Shown here: one piece after another, positions 57,711 through 64,000 of the stretch | How the letters are laid out: every line of letters starts with the position of its first letter | Numbering within the stretch: position 1 is the stretch's first letter | From: Escherichia coli | GTDB lineage: Bacteria; Pseudomonadota; Gammaproteobacteria; Enterobacterales; Enterobacteriaceae | Direction: 5' to 3' (one strand) | Assembly: GCA_023061495.1 (NCBI GenBank) | Contig: GCA_023061495.1_3643.1 | DNA length: 64,000 nt | The notes under the pieces: model-generated | Told to the model about the DNA's origin: nothing | Database searches by the model: none | What the model saw: the letters and a program-made list of their open reading frames with translations, nothing else | Translations under genes and position numbers: made by a program

Positions 57711-58277
57711 TTATTCAAACTGCAATAGCAAATCCACCACCGCGCTAGGTCTGTCAACAAACTCACCGGGCCCACATGCCCACAGAGGGTATCCGTCTAC
57801 ATACCGCCAAATCCAACCTGCAGTGTGGAGTTCTAGCAGGGCAGTACCGTCCTTACTGTCAACCACTCTTTCCCACAGTGTTGGGCAGCGAAGCTTGAGG
57901 ATCGGATCCCCTCCCTTATACCCATCCATGTAGATACCCATTGCAAAGTTCAGCATCATCTTTTTGTGCACTGACCTCTTACTGAGGGTGCTCATCACTT
58001 CCTCTTTGTGGATGTTTGTAAGCTTCTCCTTGGCTACCTGCAGATCGTTGCAGCCATTGTTCAGAAGATCTTCCAGACACTTGACCCGAAGGTCGTGAAT
58101 ATCTTTGTCGTGCACCGTTGGTACAGGGTCGTAGCGATATAGCACTGTTGATACAAGGTTGCTCGGGTGTGGGTCTGACAGCAACCCATAACCCCAATAC
58201 TCCTCTGTATCTGAAAGGACAAGACACCCAATGTCTCTGTCAAGCTTTCCTGTGTTGTAAGCCACATTGACCGCCAT
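57711..58277 (-). CDS. hypothetical protein
   Basis: 188-aa ORF in the operon; no motif recognised. Confidence 0.4.
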   Translation of the reverse strand: MAVNVAYNTGKLDRDIGCLVLSDTEEYWGYGLLSDPHPSNLVSTVLYRYDPVPTVHDKDIHDLRVKCLEDLLNNGCNDLQVAKEKLTNIHKEEVMSTLSKRSVHKKMMLNFAMGIYMDGYKGGDPILKLRCPTLWERVVDSKDGTALLELHTAGWIWRYVDGYPLWACGPGEFVDRPSAVVDLLLQFE

Positions 58278-58279
58278 AA

Positions 58280-58525
58280 TTATAGCTCCACTAGCAAAGT
58301 GCTCTCAAAATGCCTCTCATGCAGACCACTATAAGGAACCACTTCCACAACACCGTCGCGGATGTATGGAGTCATCATGGTGACATAATCACCGAACGGG
58401 TTGGCATTATCACTAACCACGACCACATGCTGCCCCTCCTTGGCAGAGTGCCAGATAGATCTGCACTTCATCATGTGTTCGAGAGCGCCAGGTAAAATCT
58501 TGTTACGTTCTTTACGGGTCTTCAT
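58280..58525 (-). CDS. hypothetical small protein
   Basis: 81-aa ORF overlapping its neighbours by a few nt. Confidence 0.35.
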   Translation of the reverse strand: MKTRKERNKILPGALEHMMKCRSIWHSAKEGQHVVVVSDNANPFGDYVTMMTPYIRDGVVEVVPYSGLHERHFESTLLVEL

Positions 58526-58971
58526 AACAGATATAGCTCCTTATGAAAGTGGGCTTTCAATTTCTCACCGAGAAACTTCTTGATACCTTCCTCTAAAGTG
58601 TTTTCGATGTAGTCCAGCTTAACTGCTTCGATAGACATATCATAGATCGCCAGCTCTAAGCTGTCAAGTCCCATCATAGCATGAACCATAAGATTTTCAT
58701 CTTCAGATACATTCAGGGGACTTCCTATAACATCTGGAGGCAGAATAGTTTCCCAATTATTCTGGGCGGTAGATCTCCCGCCATCCACCTTACGTCTCAG
58801 CTCGAATGTATTCTTAGTGTAGAACACTTCATAAGAAACGATACGACTGTCACTCTCATAATAGACGAAGTTCAAGTAGGAGCCCAGCCGTAGTCGGCAA
58901 ACTTCTACCCCAAACCATTGTTTCTTATAAGAATTCAGGCTAATGCTGTCGCATTCACGTTTGCTCAACAC
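58522..58971 (-). CDS. hypothetical protein
   Basis: 149-aa ORF in the operon. Confidence 0.35.
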   Translation of the reverse strand: MLSKRECDSISLNSYKKQWFGVEVCRLRLGSYLNFVYYESDSRIVSYEVFYTKNTFELRRKVDGGRSTAQNNWETILPPDVIGSPLNVSEDENLMVHAMMGLDSLELAIYDMSIEAVKLDYIENTLEEGIKKFLGEKLKAHFHKELYLL

Positions 58972-58987
58972 GGCTCTCTCCTTCTTG

Positions 58988-59221
58988 TTAATCTTCGTAA
59001 ATAATGATTTCTGCTTTAGGTTTTCGTGCTTTCAGGTCCAGCTCTATCCAGTGCACCATCGCTGTTTCAAGAAAAACAGCCTGGATGCATCCGTCTTCAG
59101 CGTGCCCTACCAGCATAACAAGATCTTCACATTCATCATCTGCATCACGGACATACAAGATCTCTCCAGATTCAAAGTCTTTCACAACCTGATTGCTGGA
59201 TAATTTACGAATTTTTGCCAT
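58988..59221 (-). CDS. small protein, divergent member of a tandem paralogue family
   Basis: 77 aa; shares the general pattern (hydrophobic core GE-LYV ... V-L ... Gxx, acidic tail) with the three 87-aa genes upstream. Confidence 0.4.
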   Translation of the reverse strand: MAKIRKLSSNQVVKDFESGEILYVRDADDECEDLVMLVGHAEDGCIQAVFLETAMVHWIELDLKARKPKAEIIIYED

Positions 59222-59222
59222 A

Positions 59223-59486
59223 TCAGAAACCCTCTAAAAAGCTCTTGTAGAAAATAATCTCAGTATCCACACCAGTCACGATCTTGTCGTTCCTGATTTC
59301 ATCTGTAAGATAGGTGTCAAAACGCAGCACCTGTGTGGTATTGTCACACATCCACTCGGCTGTTACCATGGCAAAAATCTTAGCATCTTCATTATCTGGT
59401 GTAAATGTTACCACCTCACCGCATTTAAACTTTTCGATAGGTTGCGTGTTAGCTTTTGGTTCTGCAATGGTGATTTTCGTGGTCAT
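59223..59486 (-). CDS. small protein, tandem paralogue 3 of 4
   Basis: 87 aa; CGEVVTF...DTEIIF aligns with PGTVVMF/CGTVVSC...ITILGE of its neighbours; start adjoins the previous stop. Confidence 0.45.
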   Translation of the reverse strand: MTTKITIAEPKANTQPIEKFKCGEVVTFTPDNEDAKIFAMVTAEWMCDNTTQVLRFDTYLTDEIRNDKIVTGVDTEIIFYKSFLEGF

Positions 59487-59749
59487 TATTCTCCTCCTTC
59501 TTTTGAATAGCTTGTCTCTCCAAGGATGGTAATTTTGGTGTCAAGCTCTGTAACTTTCATGTTTGGTGGCAGATCGTACAACTCATTATTTTCTAAATCG
59601 AACCCCCATACACAATGTTCCCCTGTTTTGACAATCATAACTATGTTTTGAATGCCGTCTCCGTCACAACTTACCACGGTCCCACATGGAAAACTGTCTG
59701 CACGCTTTTTGTTCTTCACTTTAGAATTGAATACAATGCTAGTAGCCAT
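59486..59749 (-). CDS. small protein, tandem paralogue 2 of 4
   Basis: 87 aa; MATSIVFNSKVKNKK...CGTVVS...FDLENNELYDLP...VTELD..ITILGE parallels paralogue 1. Confidence 0.45.
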   Translation of the reverse strand: MATSIVFNSKVKNKKRADSFPCGTVVSCDGDGIQNIVMIVKTGEHCVWGFDLENNELYDLPPNMKVTELDTKITILGETSYSKEGGE

Positions 59750-60012
59750 TATTGTTCCTCCACCATAACTTCGCCAAGAATTTCTATGCAGGCATCCATT
59801 TCTGTAACAACCAAGGTGTGAGGTAGTTCTGCAAACACCTTTCTGAACAGGTCAAATACCCCAACATATATGTTTGCAGGATGTGATCTCACAACAAGTG
59901 CTGTATTCACATCTCCAAGTTCATCAACAAACATCACCACAGTACCTGGAGCTACTGAAGACAGATACTTCTTAGTTTTACGGTTGGATGCAAATTTTAA
60001 CTCTGTTGCCAT
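59749..60012 (-). CDS. small protein, tandem paralogue 1 of 4
   Basis: 87 aa; MATELKFASNRKTKK...PGTVVMF...FDLFRKVFAELP...VTEMD..IEILGE. Confidence 0.45.
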   Translation of the reverse strand: MATELKFASNRKTKKYLSSVAPGTVVMFVDELGDVNTALVVRSHPANIYVGVFDLFRKVFAELPHTLVVTEMDACIEILGEVMVEEQ

Positions 60013-60027
60013 AAATAATCTCCTCCT

Positions 60028-61488
60028 TTATTTAACGTACTCGATTAATTCCACAGTTTTCCCAAAGCTCGGGATATAATTTTTATTATACCCTTCAGTG
60101 AGAACCCATAAAGTATCGTACTTTTTCCACTTGTTGTCAACAGCCTTTTGTTCAAAGTTATGCTCAAAGTAGAGATCGGTAAGGACGATGACATCTTTTG
60201 CATTCGGTATGTTAGCATCCAGATACTCGAACACGCAGGCGGCTGTTGTGCCCCATGTTGAGTGGACCTCATAGTTGATCATCTCATCGATGTTACCGCG
60301 AGTGTATACTTTAACCTCTCCAACCTCGGTTGACCAACAGAACATCGTAACCTTAAACTCTTTATACAAATTGCACAACCCGGTGATCTCATTAAACATT
60401 TTCTTTAAAGTTCTTTGTGAGATCGATCCAGAAACGTCTAAAGCCACTACAATATCTATAGTGTTTTCCGGATTACGACCAGGAACAATAACGTGTTGAT
60501 TCTTGTTTATAGCTCCAACTTTTCGCATTGTGGTGGTCAAAGACCCAGATCGGCGACCAGGTTTTCTGTAGGTTAACTCAGCCTTTCTTTTAGATAACAT
60601 ACGTTGCTTAATAATATCTATATAATTGATTACAGGCTTGCCTCTGTTTTTGACAAACTCGCGCACCGCCTCGGGGCAACGACCTCCTGAAGCTTGCATT
60701 GCTGCTTCCAACATGTCACCAGAATCCTGCATGGCCTGATCTTTATCAGATTGACTGATTACTGGTTGCGGCTGATCATACCCCATAGCCTTTCCAAGAT
60801 CATCACTAGTGCCACCGTTCCCGCTCATGTGATCATCGGTTTGTCGTTTATCTCCTTGGGAGTTCTCACCTTTACCGTTCTTACTTTTACCGCCATTCTG
60901 ATCTCTTTGTTTATCAAGAACTGCATAGACGTTCTCAGCAATCCATCCATGAAACTTCATGTCGCAGTAGCAATTAGCTAAGAAGCCAAAAGGCTTACCT
61001 TTTACGAACTCAGTGCTTTTCCCCTTCGGGAAGAAAACACAAGGAGGCTTGCTAAAGTCAACCACAAGACCTGTGTTGATAACGTGATCACAAGCAATAT
61101 TGAACAGTTCCGGCTCAAAGCTTTTACCACGGACCAGATGATCACAGATAATATGCCCCACCTCATGTGACAGAAGAAATGCCACCTCTTTCACAGATTT
61201 TGGGGAATAGAAAACCTCAGCCATCTCAAACTGCTTGTCAGTCAGAGATGCTTTAAGAATGGTTTTACGCTCATCTGCCAACCCCATAATGAACTCAGGG
61301 CTGTAGTAGATGCGTTTATGGTCTGTTGCCATAGTGGAGCACCATGTGTGGTTTTCTACGAACTGCAACCCTGACAACAGTGTGCCATAAAACGGCAGCT
61401 TTTCAAGAAGATACATGCGAGCGGCCTGCAGCATTCGCAAGGCATCATCTTTTTGTGCGGTAATGATTTCTGAACTTCTGCTATCCAT
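60028..61488 (-). CDS. VWA-domain protein with N-terminal HExxH metallopeptidase-like domain
   Basis: HEVGHIICDH zinc-peptidase motif in the N-terminal half; Gly/Ser/Asp-rich linker; C-terminal VWA-like region with MIDAS-type DVSGS (IVVALDVSGSIS). Start moved to ATG 61488 (MDSRSS) because the track start 61509 is a TTG inside a hairpin. Confidence 0.6.
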   Translation of the reverse strand: MDSRSSEIITAQKDDALRMLQAARMYLLEKLPFYGTLLSGLQFVENHTWCSTMATDHKRIYYSPEFIMGLADERKTILKASLTDKQFEMAEVFYSPKSVKEVAFLLSHEVGHIICDHLVRGKSFEPELFNIACDHVINTGLVVDFSKPPCVFFPKGKSTEFVKGKPFGFLANCYCDMKFHGWIAENVYAVLDKQRDQNGGKSKNGKGENSQGDKRQTDDHMSGNGGTSDDLGKAMGYDQPQPVISQSDKDQAMQDSGDMLEAAMQASGGRCPEAVREFVKNRGKPVINYIDIIKQRMLSKRKAELTYRKPGRRSGSLTTTMRKVGAINKNQHVIVPGRNPENTIDIVVALDVSGSISQRTLKKMFNEITGLCNLYKEFKVTMFCWSTEVGEVKVYTRGNIDEMINYEVHSTWGTTAACVFEYLDANIPNAKDVIVLTDLYFEHNFEQKAVDNKWKKYDTLWVLTEGYNKNYIPSFGKTVELIEYVK

Positions 61489-61498
61489 TAAAACTCCA

Positions 61499-61520
61499 GA
61501 AGGGGCCAATGGCCCCTGTC
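61499..61520 (-). terminator. intercistronic hairpin (possible attenuator/partial terminator)
   Basis: ggggcc-aat-ggcccc palindrome between the HNH-like gene stop and the VWA gene RBS; weak U-run on the minus-strand transcript. Confidence 0.35.
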
Positions 61521-61521
61521 A

Positions 61522-62565
61522 TTATTTAACGTGCTTGAAAATACCAGCCAACTCGGTCATTGTCATGCGGGTGGTCTTCATAAGGTCTGTCATAGCTTTT
61601 TCCATGATTGGAGATACCACCATGAAGTTACCTTTGGTGAAACCTTTGTTCCAGTCGGTAACTAATAGTGGTTTAAGTCCGGCCCCGAGACGCTCACCAG
61701 TTAAAGCACAACATTTTCGAATGTATGTGCTCTTAAATTGGCTGAACGACAGATCAACTTTCATGCCTACATCGTAGAACGTTTGACAATAGAAGGTGTA
61801 AGCTTTGGCAATCTCAACATCATCAGGTAGTGCAGGAACCTCTTCTGTAAGCCCCTCTTCGACCTCCTGAGTCTCTTTTTCCTCTTCATGTACCTGTTGC
61901 GTCATTTCTTCAATCTCTTCTGCGATAGGTTCGTTTACAATGTCAGAAATGTGCTTCTTGGGTGCACGATAAGTAACTTTAGACATAGGTAGCATATCTT
62001 CCTCCTCTTCTTCGTCAAAGAGTGCTAGTTTATCCTCTTCCGTTCCATATTGCAAGATGAAATCTTCAAAAGTATAATCACCTTTCAATTTCTCCATACG
62101 CTCTTCGCTCAGGTGGAGCATCATCTGCTGGACAATTTTTCGATCAGTTTTGTCTTTAATCAAGACTGCGGTCTTTTTATCTACCAGACAGTCCTTCAGG
62201 GAGTTGCACCTTAACCCAACCACACAACAGTTATCAATTGCGTAAGGACCTTCATCATCTATCCGCTCTAAGGATGGGTAGAAAGGATTCCCCAACCCGT
62301 TTTCATCTGTGTGCATGTCAAAAGGTATAAGGGTATAGTCGCACACCCCCTCTCCTAAAAGTTTTTTACCAAATAGGAGGTATTCTTCCCATGACAGGTT
62401 GAACTCTATATCTCGTTTCCGTGCATTATTTTGTTTGCGTCTGTATTTTTTTAGCAGGCGCTCTAATTCTTCTGGTGTATAATATTTTTCAAGATTCATA
62501 AGTTGTCTCTTGTGCTTTGTAGGTGAAGAAATCTTATCAAGTGCCTCAACAGATGTCAACCTCAA
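61522..62565 (-). CDS. HNH/His-Me-finger-like protein with acidic linker
   Basis: N-terminal CDYT...FDMHTDENG...PSLERIDDEGPYAIDNCCVVGLRCNSLK resembles HNH-type nuclease cores; long poly-Glu linker; first gene of the minus-strand operon. Confidence 0.35.
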   Translation of the reverse strand: MRLTSVEALDKISSPTKHKRQLMNLEKYYTPEELERLLKKYRRKQNNARKRDIEFNLSWEEYLLFGKKLLGEGVCDYTLIPFDMHTDENGLGNPFYPSLERIDDEGPYAIDNCCVVGLRCNSLKDCLVDKKTAVLIKDKTDRKIVQQMMLHLSEERMEKLKGDYTFEDFILQYGTEEDKLALFDEEEEEDMLPMSKVTYRAPKKHISDIVNEPIAEEIEEMTQQVHEEEKETQEVEEGLTEEVPALPDDVEIAKAYTFYCQTFYDVGMKVDLSFSQFKSTYIRKCCALTGERLGAGLKPLLVTDWNKGFTKGNFMVVSPIMEKAMTDLMKTTRMTMTELAGIFKHVK

Positions 62566-62572
62566 AAACGTG

Positions 62573-62601
62573 TTGACTTTACTCTAAATCCACGATATAG
62601 T
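62573..62601 (+). promoter_or_regulatory. sigma70-like promoter (TTGACT-N17-TATAGT) in the divergent intergenic region
   Basis: Read directly; the -10 overlaps track start 62600, supporting ATG 62642 as the true start. Confidence 0.45.
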
Positions 62602-62641
62602 GCACCCATTCGAAAGAAAACGAACACAGGATCACTTAATC

Positions 62642-63541
62642 ATGTCAAATCTTAACAGCTTTAGCACTCGGTGGAAACAAGATATCACAACCAATCTCTC
62701 AGCAGGAGATATCCTTTCTGCAATTTACGAGGCCTTGGATGATAAAGCTACTTCAAAATCGGTCTGTACCAACCCGCTAATTCCTATAGTAATGAAGGTG
62801 ATTGAACGTAGGTTGGTATCCGGATCCGATAAGTGGACATATCTTGATAATGGGGGACACACTTACTCCAACGGATATGTTGATATAAAAGTAGAATACG
62901 CAGTATCATACCGACGGAGCGGTTCTGTAACTTTCAACTTCTCTGGAGGTTTCCGATCTCTGGCAACTTCACCTTTTGTTTCCTCAGAGCAAAAGTTTGA
63001 ACTTCCGTTCCTTTGGATGATGGCTAACGCGACAGGCAAAACCCCTGTAAGCATTCGCGTAAAATACAACTACAACGGATCTAGTAAGATCTATGCCGAG
63101 AGTGTATCAGCAAGTTTTTATTTTGTGATGGGGGATGGAATCCTCAAACATATAAAGATGTGCGATATGCATGATGTTATAAATGAAGTGACTGATAAGA
63201 ATGTCCTAGTGAAAGACCTCAATAATTTTTATACACCTGGAGACTATTACGTCAACCGCCCACTGTGCATCTTTAATGCCGCACACCCTTTAGGTGAGTA
63301 TTTGATCGCCAATAGCGATATTGCCAATAATCGCTTCGAGGTAGCAAGAGTACAGAATGAGGTGTTGACATCTTGCAAGAGCGGTGATAAGTTTACCGAA
63401 GAAGAGATGGGTGTTTTAGAGATGATGGGATATAAGTGTAGCCTTTGGGTAGATGAGGTGTTTAATGACGGCATCTATGGACAGGATATTTACCCACTAA
63501 AGAAGTATACTGATTCCAGTTTAATTTACGCGGAGATTTGA
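62642..63541 (+). CDS. hypothetical protein
   Basis: ORF 62600-63541 trimmed to ATG 62642 (MSNLNS); no motif recognised. Confidence 0.45.
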   Translation: MSNLNSFSTRWKQDITTNLSAGDILSAIYEALDDKATSKSVCTNPLIPIVMKVIERRLVSGSDKWTYLDNGGHTYSNGYVDIKVEYAVSYRRSGSVTFNFSGGFRSLATSPFVSSEQKFELPFLWMMANATGKTPVSIRVKYNYNGSSKIYAESVSASFYFVMGDGILKHIKMCDMHDVINEVTDKNVLVKDLNNFYTPGDYYVNRPLCIFNAAHPLGEYLIANSDIANNRFEVARVQNEVLTSCKSGDKFTEEEMGVLEMMGYKCSLWVDEVFNDGIYGQDIYPLKKYTDSSLIYAEI

Positions 63542-63818
63542 CTATGATGAAGTCATGTGGTAGTGTATATTATGTTGGTGAGAATGTTCAGGCAGATAGT
63601 GTGTGGAAATCACCACCGATGATGCCTTCTTGAGCGGGTTATGTTTCCCCAATCCTGGGGACATTCTCCCTCACCCTGGAGATTTTGTTGTCAACAAGAC
63701 AGACGGTTATACCGTGTGCCTGATGGTTGAAAAAATCTTTTTAGACACTAGACACAATCACCGTCTTGTGCTAAAATTTCAAGAATGTAAAATGACAGTT
63801 GCCTAAGGAGGCCTATCA

Positions 63819-64000
63819 ATGTCTAAAGTTACTTATCGTGCAGCTATTTACTGCAATGAGCAACCAATCAATAGTGATGGTCACTGCTTTTTTAAAGAAA
63901 ATCAGTTGGGCTGTATTGCCCTCCCTGATGAAGGGGAAGGTTATATGATTGCATTGACAGGGTTTGAGCCTGAAGCCTTGGAAGCCAATCTGGACTACAT
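63819..64000 (+). CDS. hypothetical protein (5' part; continues beyond window)
   Basis: AAGGAGG RBS at 63805-63811, ATG 63819, open to the window end (MSKVTYRAAIYCNEQPINSDGHCFF). Confidence 0.35.
   Translation, partial: MSKVTYRAAIYCNEQPINSDGHCFFKENQLGCIALPDEGEGYMIALTGFEPEALEANLDY

Noticed and set aside
61489-61509. TTG start at 61509 for the VWA gene
   Set aside because: The codon lies within the ggggcc/ggcccc hairpin; ATG 61488 follows a GGAG RBS.
1-64000. Temperate-lifestyle module (integrase, repressor, attachment site)
   Set aside because: No tyrosine or serine recombinase motifs or CI-like repressor seen; the tRNA cluster, RNA-repair genes and large adsorption complement suggest a virulent phage, but the window covers only part of the genome.

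Overview
The window reads as a contiguous segment of a large, probably virulent, tailed dsDNA phage; no integrase or repressor module was seen. Contents in order: (1) an RNA-repair cassette at the left edge (Rnl1-like RNA ligase on the minus strand, P-loop polynucleotide kinase, calcineurin-like phosphoesterase), followed by an iteron/AT-rich/GC-rich noncoding block; (2) small early-type ORFs and a cluster of six canonical tRNAs (Arg-UCU, Tyr-GUA, Ser-UGA, Thr-UGU, Met-CAU, Pro-UGG) plus one atypical tRNA-like element; (3) an i-spanin/o-spanin pair abutting the large terminase; (4) a lambda-like head module (portal, scaffold, decoration, major capsid); (5) a very long tail and adsorption module (about 16.1-55.5 kb) with sheath-like and tube-like proteins, an endonuclease-like insertion, chaperone, tape measure, gpV-like spike, lambda M/K/J-like tip genes and at least eight large fibre or spike proteins; (6) a convergent minus-strand accessory operon (55.5-62.6 kb) containing a VWA/HExxH-peptidase protein, an HNH-like protein, a HAD phosphatase and four tandem small paralogues. 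Four blocks of N (94-98 nt each) interrupt structural genes. All family assignments are from reading motifs in the six-frame translations and from remembered reference sequences; no database search was run.
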